NCBI GenBank assembly: GCA_964595645.1
Contig: CAZQQT010000002.1
Span: forward strand, 96,001-160,000
DNA length: 64,000 nt
Direction: 5' to 3'
Source: an uncultured Thermococci archaeon
GTDB taxonomy: Archaea; Methanobacteriota_B; Thermococci; Methanofastidiosales; B48-G16
How positions within the stretch are numbered: position 1 is the first letter of the stretch; each line of letters opens with the position of its first letter. The notes below the pieces were generated by a model, which was not told the DNA's origin, searched no databases, and saw only the letters and a program-made list of their open reading frames with translations. Below, in pieces: positions 10,181 to 21,037 of the stretch. Position numbers and translations under genes: made by a program.

Positions 10181-10220
10181 GAAGGGATGGTTGTCCTCCT
10201 TTTCCATCCCTTTTCTCTTC
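10181..10220 (+). ncRNA. Candidate small hairpin RNA with anti-SD loop (may also act as trm1 terminator)
   Basis: BRE/TATA (GAAAGA-TTTATAAA, TATA at 10151) lies 30 nt before a 10-bp stem (10181-10190/10204-10213), followed by a pyrimidine tract. Confidence 0.45.
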
Positions 10221-11273
10221 TCATTTCATTACGTCGAGTACTGATGCGAGATCGGCGTCAGTCTTTACCCCTGTAGGGGCGAAGTGCGTTCTCGAAGCCT
10301 GAAATCTCATTTCCTTCAGTTCCTTCACCACATTATTGGTCTTTTTCAATGGAAATTTATGTATTTTTGCTAGTTTGTGGAGATCGTAGTAAAAGGGGAC
10401 ATGCACTTCGTTTTTTATCTCTGTGATATTTTTTTGTAGGTCGTCACCCATCTCTTTTCCTATAAGCATTTCTAGGGTTTCATCATTTTTAATCTTGCCA
10501 ACCCATACAGGAAGCGAAAATTCGAGTTTTTTTCCGCATTTTGGACATTTTTCCATCAATTTTTTTGTGAACGTTCTGTATCCGCAGTGGCAGTAGTAGA
10601 CGACCTGTATATTATTTATATTTCCATCCATCTTCCGTAAACTCTTTTCTACGTTCATGAAGACACGCATGTAGTGTTTATAACAGTAAGCGAGCAGTAC
10701 ATCTATTGCGTACTCTTGCTTCATTGCCTCTCGTACGATACTGGAAATAAGGATACGGAGCCCAAGTTCTTTAAAAAAGTCTGTTCGCAAAGGAATGGCA
10801 GCATATTTCCGAATACATGCTTTTTTAGATACACACAAGGCCTGGGTGTCCGTGGCTGTGACACAGAGGATTCCTTCTGCTCTAAGAATTCTGAAGGCAG
10901 CAGCGAGATATCGGGAGGGAGATCCGAAGGGATCGATATCCACAATATCCGCTTCCACATCCAGGAGGTTCACATCTTTATTGTATATTTCTCCGTCCAC
11001 TTCGTTCATTTTGCAGTTTTTTGCGATTAACTTCGTTGCTTCTGGATTAATATCATTGAAAATAGGCTGCAGATTGGACTCTTTCGCGTATCGGATCCCC
11101 CGGATACCCGTGGCGGACAACCCGTCTAACACAATGCCATCAAAAAAAGAAAGGAGCAGTGAGGAAAGATCCCTGTCCATCTCCATCTCCGGATTATAAA
11201 ACACCTCATTCTTAGAGGTGACTTTCTCAAACTCAGGAGCCTCTATCGTGGCTTCCCCTTCTGTAATTATCAT
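10221..11273 (-). CDS. trm1: tRNA (guanine-26-N2)-dimethyltransferase
   Basis: VFYNPEM..DRDLS, LSATGIRGIRY, DIDPFGSP, TATD, zinc finger, RTHF..TGVKTDA. Confidence 0.95.
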   Translation of the reverse strand: MIITEGEATIEAPEFEKVTSKNEVFYNPEMEMDRDLSSLLLSFFDGIVLDGLSATGIRGIRYAKESNLQPIFNDINPEATKLIAKNCKMNEVDGEIYNKDVNLLDVEADIVDIDPFGSPSRYLAAAFRILRAEGILCVTATDTQALCVSKKACIRKYAAIPLRTDFFKELGLRILISSIVREAMKQEYAIDVLLAYCYKHYMRVFMNVEKSLRKMDGNINNIQVVYYCHCGYRTFTKKLMEKCPKCGKKLEFSLPVWVGKIKNDETLEMLIGKEMGDDLQKNITEIKNEVHVPFYYDLHKLAKIHKFPLKKTNNVVKELKEMRFQASRTHFAPTGVKTDADLASVLDVMK

Positions 11274-11276
11274 GTC

Positions 11277-12239
11277 TTAAACGTCCACTTGTATCCCAAG
11301 TTTTTTCTCTAACTCTTTATACCTGTTCCGTATGGTGACTTCCGTCACCTTGGCAACCTTGGAGATCTCTTTCTGTGTCCTCCTCTCGTTGCACTGGATA
11401 CTCGCGATATACAGGGCGCCAGCGGCAACGCCCATGGGACCACGTCCAGAGGTGAGTCCATTATCCATGGCCTCCTCGAGTATTTCCACAGCCCGTTTCT
11501 GGACTTTACCGGAGACTCCGAGTTCGGATCCGAATCTGGGAATGTAATCCACAGGGTTCGTCGGGCTTAGATTGATATCGAGTTCCTTTGCCAGGAACCG
11601 ATAGCTTCTACCGATATCCTTCTTTTCTACACGGGAATGCTCCGCTATTTCATCCAACGTACGCGGAATTTTCTGTCTTCTGCACACGATATAGAGACAG
11701 GCAGCTGTGACGCTTTCTATCGATCTCCCCCGGATTAGCCCCTCGTTCAATGCTTTTCTATAGACTATCGCAGCATCTTCACGTATATTTTTCTTCAATC
11801 CGAGGTATGATGCCAGTCTGTCCATTTCCGAGAGTGCAAAGGAGAGATTCCTCTCCATGGCATCTGAAACACGTATTCTCCGCTGCCATTTTCTCAGCCT
11901 GTAGATTTGGGCTCTCCGCTTCGGACTCAGATCTCTGCCGTAGATGTCCCTATTCCTCCAGTCTATCATCGTTGAGAGACCTTTATCATGAATGGTGTAA
12001 GTGGTGGGACTGCCTACTCTGCTTTTGCTGTTTCTGTCATCGCTCTCAAACACTCTCCACTCAGGCCCCTGATCGATGATCTCTTCCTGCACAACCAGCC
12101 CGCAGTCTGCACAGATGATCTCCGCTTTATCAAAATCTTTCACCAAACGGGTGGATCCACATTCAGGACATTTTAGGGTTTCTTCCTCTTCTTCCGATTT
12201 CTCCTTCTTTTCCTTCAATTTCTGTTTTTTTTCCACCAT
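11277..12239 (-). CDS. tfb: Transcription initiation factor IIB
   Basis: CPECG..CADCG zinc ribbon, [33 protein letters not shown]. Confidence 0.98.
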   Translation of the reverse strand: MVEKKQKLKEKKEKSEEEEETLKCPECGSTRLVKDFDKAEIICADCGLVVQEEIIDQGPEWRVFESDDRNSKSRVGSPTTYTIHDKGLSTMIDWRNRDIYGRDLSPKRRAQIYRLRKWQRRIRVSDAMERNLSFALSEMDRLASYLGLKKNIREDAAIVYRKALNEGLIRGRSIESVTAACLYIVCRRQKIPRTLDEIAEHSRVEKKDIGRSYRFLAKELDINLSPTNPVDYIPRFGSELGVSGKVQKRAVEILEEAMDNGLTSGRGPMGVAAGALYIASIQCNERRTQKEISKVAKVTEVTIRNRYKELEKKLGIQVDV

Positions 12240-12240
12240 A

Positions 12241-12459
12241 TCACCCTAAAAACATTTCTTTTCCTATAATATTTTCTTTTCCTTTCTTCACAAGGATTTT
12301 TACATACGGGTTATTCACGTTACCAAATATATCGATAACCTTCCCCACCCTCTTCTTCTCTTTATCAACAACGGCACTTCCCAGATGTTTGGGTTTCATC
12401 TGATCGCTCTGTGCGATCACACATTTTCCTCTTCTATGTATGGCTTTACCAATGTACAC
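12241..12459 (-). CDS. gar1: H/ACA RNP protein Gar1
   Basis: [16 protein letters not shown]; conserved gar1-tfb order. Confidence 0.85.
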   Translation of the reverse strand: MYIGKAIHRRGKCVIAQSDQMKPKHLGSAVVDKEKKRVGKVIDIFGNVNNPYVKILVKKGKENIIGKEMFLG

Positions 12460-12624
12460 ACGATCACCGAAAGCTTCTTAAAGGATTGGGGAAAAATTTT
12501 TAAGCCTTTCGTTTCCACTTATAAATAGCAGTACCGGGCAATATAAAATTTTTGCACACTTTTTATTCCAAGCCATATATCCTTCTGCCAAAGCTATTTA
12601 AACACCCTCTCCCAACAGAAGCGT

Positions 12625-14970
12625 ATGAAAAAGAGAGCAATAGAGTTGGGTTTGGTAATAGGTATCATGGTTTTAGCAGTTTATGTGCGATCCGAGTACA
12701 TTTTGGACGAAAATGAGGAAAATAAGTATTTACTCGGATACGATCCCTACTTCCACTACAGAGCCGCCGAGAGCATTGTGGAAACCGGGGAGCGCCCAGA
12801 ATGGGACACCTTGGCAAATGCTCCCGAAGGAAAGCCCTTTTCACATCCCCCTCTATTCCACTATGCTCTCGCATATACATATAAGATATTCGATGTGTTC
12901 TCCGACAGATCTTTTTTTGATTTTGCTGTACATTTTAATATTCTCATGATCATTGCCTGTACCGGCATTGCCTTCCTCACTGGAAAGGAACTCACAAATA
13001 GTGTAGGAGGCCTCTTCACAGCATCTCTCTTTGCCGTATCCAATGCTGTAGTGAAACGGAGTATCATCGGATTTACTGATACGGATCTTTTCGTCGTTTT
13101 TTTCTCGTTCCTGATCACATTTTTCTGGCTCAAAGCCATTAATAATAGAGAATTGCAAGATTACCGACTGCTGTCCAGTGGCGTATGTGGATTCTCTATA
13201 TTCCTCTACTACCTTACTTGGCAGGGGTATTTCTACATGCTTTCTCTCGTTCTTGCGGCAACGGTGCTTGTCTGTCTTATCGAGATAGTGAGAACTAGAG
13301 AGATACCTGTGAATGAAGGAGAAATCTTGGGCATGTCTCTTCTCGGATTCTTTGTACCTTACACACTCTACGAGTTAAACTACCTGTCTTTTGGTGTACT
13401 GGCATTTATAACGCTCTTTATCCTACTCTTCGAGTTTAAACTGAGAACAGGCGCAGTAGAGATAGTAAAAAATCTGAACAAGAATTTTGTATATGCACTA
13501 GTTGCTGTAGTCGTTGCTGTCACTTCCTTTTTCATTTACAAGCAGGGAGTACTCGAGATAGTGCTGCCATTCCAACGGTACGGAGCTACTGGGGCAGTGA
13601 AAAGCATTGGTGGTGCGATGTACCCTACGACAGATGCGTCAATACGAGAAATGTACCAAACAGATCTCGGCGTGCTTTACAGTCTTTTCGGCATTACGCT
13701 TCTGCTCGCTCCTCTTGGAATTATTTTCTCTCTGTGGAGGAATAGACGGTATTCTTATGCAGTATATTTCATACTCTTTTTAATAGGAACATACAGCATG
13801 CTCACTAAGGGAGGACGGTTCAGCTTGATCATGGCGGTTCCTATGATCCTCGCTAGTACACTGTTTCTCGGAGACCTCTATGAGATCATCGACGAGAGAG
13901 TATCCCAAAAAAAGGTAGTGAGTGTTGGCATCATTGCAATGATCATTCTCGCTCCTCTCGTACTCGTTCCCTCTTATGTAGAAGCGGATGAGAACAATGC
14001 TGGACAACGTGAGATGACGGAAGGATGGTGGAAGGCGCTGAATTGGATGAGTGGAAACACCCCTGAGGATGCGACGATTATCAGCTGGTGGGACTACGGA
14101 TACTGGATACAAGCCGTTGCAGAGAGGAAGACGACCATGGATGGTGGACACTATGGAATTAGCCATAAACTTGTGAAAACAGGAAAGCTGTACAGCACGA
14201 CCTCTGAAGAAGTAGCAGTGAAAGAGATCTATGGATTTGATCTCAACAGCACGAAGGAGGAAGCATTGGATGACATGGAAAGCCTTCGACAGTGGTCTAA
14301 GGATCCAGAACTGGCTAAAAAAGAGAAATTAAAGGAGATGAAAGGGTACGCAGAGGATAACGCCTACGTGATTGTGGATGAAAAAACGGCATCCATATTT
14401 TCGTGGATAGGGTACTATGGGGCATGGGATCACAACAAAGGTGAAGGCCAAAAAACCCCTATCTATAGATTCTATCTCGCTGGAATGAGAAAACGAACAA
14501 TCAATGATACCGAATGTGTCGAGTATATCTACCAGAGCGGAAATACGAGAATTCATATGCTACAGGACTTCAATAACAACTTCCACGCCTTTTATGCACA
14601 AAATGAGAAGGGTACACTTTTGATGGGCACAGTATTTGAAAACAACGGGAAAAATTACTTGGTAAATAAGGAAGGTGGACTTGGAGTCGCATACCTTTCT
14701 GATCACAGAGAAAATCTCAGGAGTGAGGGGGGAACGGTATACTATAACACACCCACACGGATGTATCTACTCAATCCAGAGATGGTCTCAACCATGTTTT
14801 CACGACTCCTGTGCTTTGATGGTGCGAATCTCTCCCACTTCGAGCTCGTGAAGAGTTTCGATACCGTCAAGATCTACAAGGTTCACAAAGAGCCACAGAA
14901 GAATCTCAACGAGGATCTTACCTACCGAGAGGATGAATTTTTCAAAAATCTGACAGGAAAAGAACAATGA
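12625..14970 (+). CDS. aglB: Oligosaccharyltransferase (STT3 family)
   Basis: DPYFHYR, GFTDTD, SIREM, RF, ISWWDYGYWI. Confidence 0.93.
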   Translation: MKKRAIELGLVIGIMVLAVYVRSEYILDENEENKYLLGYDPYFHYRAAESIVETGERPEWDTLANAPEGKPFSHPPLFHYALAYTYKIFDVFSDRSFFDFAVHFNILMIIACTGIAFLTGKELTNSVGGLFTASLFAVSNAVVKRSIIGFTDTDLFVVFFSFLITFFWLKAINNRELQDYRLLSSGVCGFSIFLYYLTWQGYFYMLSLVLAATVLVCLIEIVRTREIPVNEGEILGMSLLGFFVPYTLYELNYLSFGVLAFITLFILLFEFKLRTGAVEIVKNLNKNFVYALVAVVVAVTSFFIYKQGVLEIVLPFQRYGATGAVKSIGGAMYPTTDASIREMYQTDLGVLYSLFGITLLLAPLGIIFSLWRNRRYSYAVYFILFLIGTYSMLTKGGRFSLIMAVPMILASTLFLGDLYEIIDERVSQKKVVSVGIIAMIILAPLVLVPSYVEADENNAGQREMTEGWWKALNWMSGNTPEDATIISWWDYGYWIQAVAERKTTMDGGHYGISHKLVKTGKLYSTTSEEVAVKEIYGFDLNSTKEEALDDMESLRQWSKDPELAKKEKLKEMKGYAEDNAYVIVDEKTASIFSWIGYYGAWDHNKGEGQKTPIYRFYLAGMRKRTINDTECVEYIYQSGNTRIHMLQDFNNNFHAFYAQNEKGTLLMGTVFENNGKNYLVNKEGGLGVAYLSDHRENLRSEGGTVYYNTPTRMYLLNPEMVSTMFSRLLCFDGANLSHFELVKSFDTVKIYKVHKEPQKNLNEDLTYREDEFFKNLTGKEQ

Positions 14971-15563
14971 TTACCTTAGACCATGTCAACAAAAGATTCA
15001 AGAATTTTTCTTTGTCTGTGTCGCTGAAGATAGAGCGGGGAGAGATCTTCGGCCTTCTTGGGCCGAACGGCTCTGGAAAGACGACACTTCTCAAAATCAT
15101 TGCAGGTTGGTATAAAAGTGAAGGGGTCTCGTTGCAGTCAGAGAACCTGAACTACTCTCCTCAACAAATTCTGCTCTACGACGATCTTACTGTGGAGGAA
15201 AATGTAAATTTTTTTTCTTCGCTCTACAATATACCACCGAATTTGCGCGTTTTAACGACGTTTTCCCTCTATGAAAAGAAAAAAGCACGTGTCAACGATC
15301 TTTCATACGGCATGAAGAGGAAACTCAACCTTTTAGTTTCATTGCTCAACTTTCCCGATATTCTCCTGCTGGACGAACCCACGGAGAACATCGATCTCAC
15401 ATCTAGAAAGGCAATCTGGAGTTTTTTAACGAAAATGAGAGATGAACATGCAACGACAATAGTAGTGGCCACTCACTCTCAAGAAGAGGCGTCACATTGT
15501 GATAGAGTCTGCGTGTTGGAAAACGGGAATGTGGTGGAGGTAAAAGATGCAGGCACTGATTGA
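14967..15563 (+). CDS. ABC transporter ATPase
   Basis: GPNGSGKTT, LSYGMKR, LLLDEPT, VATH. Confidence 0.9.
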   Translation: MITLDHVNKRFKNFSLSVSLKIERGEIFGLLGPNGSGKTTLLKIIAGWYKSEGVSLQSENLNYSPQQILLYDDLTVEENVNFFSSLYNIPPNLRVLTTFSLYEKKKARVNDLSYGMKRKLNLLVSLLNFPDILLLDEPTENIDLTSRKAIWSFLTKMRDEHATTIVVATHSQEEASHCDRVCVLENGNVVEVKDAGTD

Positions 15564-16566
15564 GAAGGATTTAAAAAGACTGTTAAAGGGTAAAAAAACC
15601 TACCTTACACTTATTATTATTCCAATTCTTCTGGTGTTTTTTGTAGGACAAACGCTGAGTCTTGAGAATCCCGAGAATCTTCCTGTAGGTGTGGTGGGCA
15701 ACAATGATGAACTGACAGAGTTGATCGATTCCATTGGGATTTTCGATGTACAACGGGTGGAGCGAGAAGAAGGAACACGAAAACTGCTGAATGAGAAGAT
15801 CTGTGCCATCATCGTGCTCCCGGACTCTCCGGGCACTGTGACTATTATCCTCGATAGAGCCCAGTTGATCACCTCGAGTCTCGCGGATCTCGTAGTGGAC
15901 AGTATCAACTACGATCTCGCCTACTTGGACAAACCGTACCACGTGGATAGGGCGTACCGAGGACAGGATGTGACCATGTTCGAGTATATCATGGCCGGAT
16001 TGTTGGTTGTAGTATCGATCTTTATCGGCGTACTCGGAGGAAGTACTGAGCTCGCCAATGAACGAAAGGTGCTTTTCAGGATTTTGTTTTTTAAAAGTTC
16101 TTTTTCTGTGTATCTGGAGAAGATACTCTTTATATTGTTTGTAACACTCTTAGAATGCCTTGTCATGCTCTTAATCGGTGTGGAGTTTTATAATTTTGAG
16201 ATACATAATCTCCTGTTTTTACTCCTGGGGATTATACTCATCACAGTTGGATCTACCGCCTTCGGCATCCTTATATCTCTCTTTTTAAAAGAACGATCGG
16301 CGTATTTTGGCATCCTGACGAGTATTGCCATGATCTTCTTTTCAGGAGTGATATACCCTGTAGTGCTCATGCCTCCTCTACTTCGACAGTTTGCGAGCCT
16401 CACACCGAGCTACTACGCTTCCAAGGTCGTGCGAATGTGTACGATACGGGAAGTGCCGTCGGATATTCTGCATGAGAACATGACGTATCTCGCCCTCTTT
16501 ACCAGTGCGCTTTTTGCGTTCTCAGCTGTATTTTTCATGTGGAGGGCGAAGTCTTTTTCTGAATGA
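15547..16566 (+). CDS. ABC-2 type permease with extracellular domain
   Basis: TM1, large loop, then 5 TM; FSGVIYPVVLMP. Confidence 0.85.
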   Translation: MQALIEKDLKRLLKGKKTYLTLIIIPILLVFFVGQTLSLENPENLPVGVVGNNDELTELIDSIGIFDVQRVEREEGTRKLLNEKICAIIVLPDSPGTVTIILDRAQLITSSLADLVVDSINYDLAYLDKPYHVDRAYRGQDVTMFEYIMAGLLVVVSIFIGVLGGSTELANERKVLFRILFFKSSFSVYLEKILFILFVTLLECLVMLLIGVEFYNFEIHNLLFLLLGIILITVGSTAFGILISLFLKERSAYFGILTSIAMIFFSGVIYPVVLMPPLLRQFASLTPSYYASKVVRMCTIREVPSDILHENMTYLALFTSALFAFSAVFFMWRAKSFSE

Positions 16567-17143
16567 GAGTTATCGCGATGTAGATACAGAGGAACACTAC
16601 AAAAAGTACCACACCGCCCAGTAGGAAAGTGTGGAGCGTGTTTGTGCCGCTGGCTGCTTCAGAAGCAACCCTCGCAGGAGCTGGAGCTTTCTCTGCAGCT
16701 TCATACATTCTTGGGAGGGCTGCTTCCCGCTGGGTTATCCATCCTATTACTGTTGTGATCCCGAGCGCGATGACAAGGGAGAGAGGGGCGACAATCTTGG
16801 TACTCACCGCATTTTTTATCTGCGACATTGTCTCTTCTTTCTGTGCGGGGATAATGAGTATTGCTCGTTTTGCAGGAGCGTAGCATTTCATCTCTCTAAA
16901 TTTTTTACTCATTTTTGTCTCCGCAATTTTAATGAGGTTTAATTCTGTTAATCGCTCTATGTGGAACAGTACTGTGGAGAGGGGAATCTGGAGCTTTTCC
17001 GATATTTCTGAAGCGGTGATTGTATCGGTGTTATATATTTCTTCAAGTATATTCCTTCCTGTATCATTTGCGAGTTCTAACGCCATTTTTTTCGTATCTT
17101 CCTCATTCGTCGTTGACACACGCACAATTTCATCCAGATCCAT
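16535..17143 (-). CDS. ArsR-like winged HTH regulator with two C-terminal TM helices (start moved to ATG 17143)
   Basis: LANDTGRNIL..TASEISEKLQIPLSTVLFHIERL; TATA about 28-29 nt upstream of 17143. Confidence 0.8.
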   Translation of the reverse strand: MDLDEIVRVSTTNEEDTKKMALELANDTGRNILEEIYNTDTITASEISEKLQIPLSTVLFHIERLTELNLIKIAETKMSKKFREMKCYAPAKRAILIIPAQKEETMSQIKNAVSTKIVAPLSLVIALGITTVIGWITQREAALPRMYEAAEKAPAPARVASEAASGTNTLHTFLLGGVVLFVVFLCIYIAITLIQKKTSPST

Positions 17144-17242
17144 ATACACAAGAGTAGCACAATGTTTATAACCTTTTTGTTTCACTTCAAGATTTATTGA
17201 AGTTTAGAAATCTTTTTATTTCTAAGGGGTGATAGTACCTTT

Positions 17243-18676
17243 ATGATAGGACGGATACTCCTGATTCTCTTGGCGCTCTCTCTCTGGACACCCCAAGAGA
17301 ATATGAACTTTTTTGTGGAAAATGGAGAGCCACAATGTCTTGTTGTCTATGGTGAAAATTCGGTTGATTTTGAGTCTGCAAAAATTATCGCGGAGAAAAT
17401 TGCAGAAAAAGCAAAAAAACAGGAGAAGATATTTACATTCACACAGAAAAACTATGTGGACAAAAACAATGGACAGACACCTCACTGTGATTTCATTGCC
17501 GTGGGCAACACCTCAGGGTACTTTAACAAGAGACCGTACATCAACCTTCCTCTCTGGTACGATGATACAAACCTCAATGGAAAACTGGACAAGAATGAGT
17601 CACGGGAGGAGATACAAATTCAGTTTTCCACACACAATAATAATTTTCCCGTGCTCAGCATGGGTGATATTCGGTATAGAACGGTGATCGAAGAACTCCC
17701 ACTAAAAAGATTATGGAAATCAGGAGAAAAAAGTGTATACATATACGATACACCGGAAAAGGTACGATTTTTACAACAGGAGCTCTCGCCGCTGGACTAC
17801 TTTGAAAGTCTTGAGGGAAACATCCTTCTTCTTGGTGAGCCGTACAGAAAAACGTTTCCGTTACAGGAAGAGGTATCCTTTCAGGGATGGAAGGTACAGA
17901 TGGGGGAGCAATATACAATTACAGAGCCTAACGGCAAATCTCACACTCTTACTCCGGATAATCTTGTGTATATAAAGAGAACAGTTTGTGAGGCAGAGGA
18001 TACTGCTATTTTCGCAATGCGTGTCGGAGAAAGCAATGTGGAAGTTTATGTGCTACGAAATTACAGTCTGGTACGAGACGCGACAGGTGTACAGATAGGG
18101 GCTGATCGATGGAATTTTTATGTGCGCTCAGAGGACATCGAATATATAGATTTTGAAGATTACTCACCCTCTTTTCGGGATAATAATATAGAATACATTG
18201 TCGGACTGAGAAATTACTCACCGGTTTCAGGGAGCGTCTCCCTCACTGAGTTTCAGATTCCTCCGTGCGGGCTTCTGGAAGAAGAAAGCTATACAGGACG
18301 AATATTTTTTGCCCTTGAGACAGAAGATACAGATCCCCGCGATACCACAGTAGATAATGTGAAGATGACGTATAAAAAGGTGGAGGAGGAGAGTTTTTTG
18401 AAGTATATCATTAAGGATACCGAACTCACGAATCAAATCGTACGATCCTATAACCTGATCACCGTGGGTGGACCCGGATACACGAAAACGGAGAAGGGAA
18501 CGAATATTTGCAATACATGGACGAAATCCATTGTCGACGAGGAGCTATCGGAGGTGAACTGGTATACTTCTGAGGGGGAGTGGGAGTACATAGAAGAGAG
18601 AGGAACACTCATCGTTGCAGGCAAGGACAGAGAAGCAACACGAAAGGCTGCGGAGAAATTAGTTGAACAGTTATAG
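17243..18676 (+). CDS. S-layer family protein (Methanococcales/Thermococcales type N/C domains)
   Basis: Signal peptide, VVYGENS.D..SA, C-terminal NLITVGGP and LIVAGKDREATRKAA. Confidence 0.75.
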   Translation: MIGRILLILLALSLWTPQENMNFFVENGEPQCLVVYGENSVDFESAKIIAEKIAEKAKKQEKIFTFTQKNYVDKNNGQTPHCDFIAVGNTSGYFNKRPYINLPLWYDDTNLNGKLDKNESREEIQIQFSTHNNNFPVLSMGDIRYRTVIEELPLKRLWKSGEKSVYIYDTPEKVRFLQQELSPLDYFESLEGNILLLGEPYRKTFPLQEEVSFQGWKVQMGEQYTITEPNGKSHTLTPDNLVYIKRTVCEAEDTAIFAMRVGESNVEVYVLRNYSLVRDATGVQIGADRWNFYVRSEDIEYIDFEDYSPSFRDNNIEYIVGLRNYSPVSGSVSLTEFQIPPCGLLEEESYTGRIFFALETEDTDPRDTTVDNVKMTYKKVEEESFLKYIIKDTELTNQIVRSYNLITVGGPGYTKTEKGTNICNTWTKSIVDEELSEVNWYTSEGEWEYIEERGTLIVAGKDREATRKAAEKLVEQL

Positions 18677-18710
18677 AAAGGTTTAAATATCTTCTTTTTC
18701 AAGTTTCGAT

Positions 18711-20243
18711 ATGAAAAGATATCTGGTCTTTATCGCGATCCTCCTCTCTTTCAGTACAGTCTCCGCCGAGAGAGTATACGATATGGAGTGGTCGTACATG
18801 ACCGAGGGTGAAGTGCGGAACCTCTGTCTCATGGATAATAGGATCATTTTTTCCTCGGGGGCCTATAAAGGATTTCCGAATGAGTATGGAAAAAACGTGA
18901 TTCACGCTTTCAGTCTTTCCGGAGAGAAGTTGTGGGAGGAGGAGTTCCCCGATCTAATAAAAACCATCCAGACAAAGGAGAATATTTATTTTTCCTCGGG
19001 AAGATACTTTTACTGTTACTCTCCATCCTTTTCAGAGCAGTGGCACTACTCCACAAACGCAGAAATCAGAGATTTTTACGTCCAAGATAAGAAGACATTC
19101 CTTTTCTTGGAAGACGATACAATTACCTTTCTCAATGAAAACGGGAGAAATATATGGGAGCGAAGGATAGATTCTGGTGTTTTTTTGAAGTTTGAGTATA
19201 CTGGGATCTACGCCGGCTACTATCTCCAACCGTATCTCTACTTCCTTGATACGCAGGGCGACATCACCTGGAAGTACAAAACAGCGGAAAACGTTGAGTA
19301 TGTTCATGTGGAGGATCTCGATGAGGACGGGGAGCCCGAGATACTCACCTCTGCCTATAAATACCTCACTGTGACGAACAAGAATGGGATGGAGGAGTGG
19401 AAATTCAGGGCAGACGAGTACATCAACGATGTGTACGTATCCGATAACATCTACGCCGTGGCAGGAACTACACTTTACGTACTCAATAGACAAGGAGAGA
19501 TCGAAAGGAAGGAGACTGGCGATGATCAGATTTATCTGGTGAAGGCAGAAGACATCGATGGCGATGGTGAAAAAGAGGTGCTTCTGGGATGTTCTCAATG
19601 GAGCAAGGAGGATCAGGAGTGGACGGAGCACTACCTCTCCATAGGAGGAAAGATAGTACAGAAAACAAATGGGAGGATACGCCATGTTATCTGCGTTGAT
19701 ACGGATGGAGATGGAGACAAGGAGATTATTCTTGGAACAAATGACCTCTTCTTTCTCAAAAACAATATTGTGGAGATAAAGGAGATATTACAGACTGAGT
19801 ACGAGGAAGCTATGGTTCTTTATGAAAAAAAGGACTTTGAAGGTGCGAAAAATTCTTTTTCAGATCTAAAGGAACAATACACGGAGTATGACCTCAATAC
19901 TTCAGAAATAGAGAAAATGTTACAGAAAATTGCTACATATGAGAATGGATACAAGCTCTATAACGCAGCAGATGCGGCATTTAATAAGGGAGCGTACGAA
20001 TCTGCCAAAGTGAACTACCAAAATGCCAGAAAGTACTTTGAACAGGTCAACGATACAGCAATGCTCGAGGAGATTGAGAAGAAGATCTCCCTTTGCGAGA
20101 AGGAGATCACGATGAAGACTACCACACCTCCACCTGAACCGGCCATTATGGATTACTTCAGGGGGATGTTCTTGTATCTGTGGATCGCTGTGGCAGGCGT
20201 GTTGATTGTACTCATTCTCATACTTATAAGGCGGAGACGATGA
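18711..20243 (+). CDS. Secreted, membrane-anchored PQQ-type beta-propeller with FG-GAP-like Ca loops and TPR-like stalk
   Basis: Signal peptide, repeated G..W motifs, DLDEDGEPE/DIDGDGEKE/DTDGDGDKE, C-terminal TM plus RRRR. Confidence 0.75.
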   Translation: MKRYLVFIAILLSFSTVSAERVYDMEWSYMTEGEVRNLCLMDNRIIFSSGAYKGFPNEYGKNVIHAFSLSGEKLWEEEFPDLIKTIQTKENIYFSSGRYFYCYSPSFSEQWHYSTNAEIRDFYVQDKKTFLFLEDDTITFLNENGRNIWERRIDSGVFLKFEYTGIYAGYYLQPYLYFLDTQGDITWKYKTAENVEYVHVEDLDEDGEPEILTSAYKYLTVTNKNGMEEWKFRADEYINDVYVSDNIYAVAGTTLYVLNRQGEIERKETGDDQIYLVKAEDIDGDGEKEVLLGCSQWSKEDQEWTEHYLSIGGKIVQKTNGRIRHVICVDTDGDGDKEIILGTNDLFFLKNNIVEIKEILQTEYEEAMVLYEKKDFEGAKNSFSDLKEQYTEYDLNTSEIEKMLQKIATYENGYKLYNAADAAFNKGAYESAKVNYQNARKYFEQVNDTAMLEEIEKKISLCEKEITMKTTTPPPEPAIMDYFRGMFLYLWIAVAGVLIVLILILIRRRR

Positions 20244-21037
20244 TAAAAAGAGTTCAATCTCTCCTTAAAAAGTATAATTTGGCACCATTAAAATTTTTAT
20301 CACAACACTTTTTGATATCTCGGCGCGTAATCAAAAAAATGGCGTCCTATGCCAAAAAAACAACCTTGGAGATAGGACCGGGGCTGGGATTCATCACAGA
20401 GGAACTGGCACACAACGCGGAGAAGGTCATCGCCGTAGAAAAGGATCGAGGAATGGTGGAGGTGCTCAGAAAAGAGTACACCTTTGATAACGTGGAACTA
20501 CATAATGAGGATTTCCTAGAGACCAGTTACTCCTTCGACTGTTGTGTGTCATCGATTCCCTACTCACTCTCCACAGAAATTATTTTTAGACTCCTGGATA
20601 CTGATCATGAGTACTCAGTGCTCCTCCTTCAGAAGGAGTACACAGAGAAAATCGCGGAAATGGACTCACGACTTGGTGTGATGGTTCATGCCTTCGCCGA
20701 TATCGAGATCCTTGACACTGTTGATAGACAGTGTTTCTATCCTTCACCGAAGGTGGACTCTGTAATAGCCATGTTTACTCCACATAAAAAGGTTACTGCC
20801 CCATTTTTCAGTGATACAGTGAGAGTCCTCTTTCAGCACAAGAGAAAAAAGGTAATAAACTCTCTATCTGACTCTGCCCATGCGTTGAATATTGATAAAA
20901 AGAACATCAAAAAAATCCTTTCAGATATTCCATACCGGGAAAAGAGAGTGTTCAATCTCACGCTGGAGGAAATAGAAGAAATTTCCTATGCACTTAAGGA
21001 TAACACTAAAAATATGAATCAAGAGAACTCTGTGTAG
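20240..21037 (+). CDS. rsmA: 16S rRNA m6,2A dimethyltransferase KsgA/Dim1 (start moved to ATG 20240)
   Basis: SQHFL, EIGPGLG, VEKD, LLQKE, FYPSPKVDS; ATGA overlap with the upstream gene. Confidence 0.9.
   Translation: MIKRVQSLLKKYNLAPLKFLSQHFLISRRVIKKMASYAKKTTLEIGPGLGFITEELAHNAEKVIAVEKDRGMVEVLRKEYTFDNVELHNEDFLETSYSFDCCVSSIPYSLSTEIIFRLLDTDHEYSVLLLQKEYTEKIAEMDSRLGVMVHAFADIEILDTVDRQCFYPSPKVDSVIAMFTPHKKVTAPFFSDTVRVLFQHKRKKVINSLSDSAHALNIDKKNIKKILSDIPYREKRVFNLTLEEIEEISYALKDNTKNMNQENSV

Noticed and set aside
20540-20570. KsgA motif IV reading SIPY instead of N(L/I)PY
   Set aside because: Single substitution with other motifs intact; cannot infer a change of function
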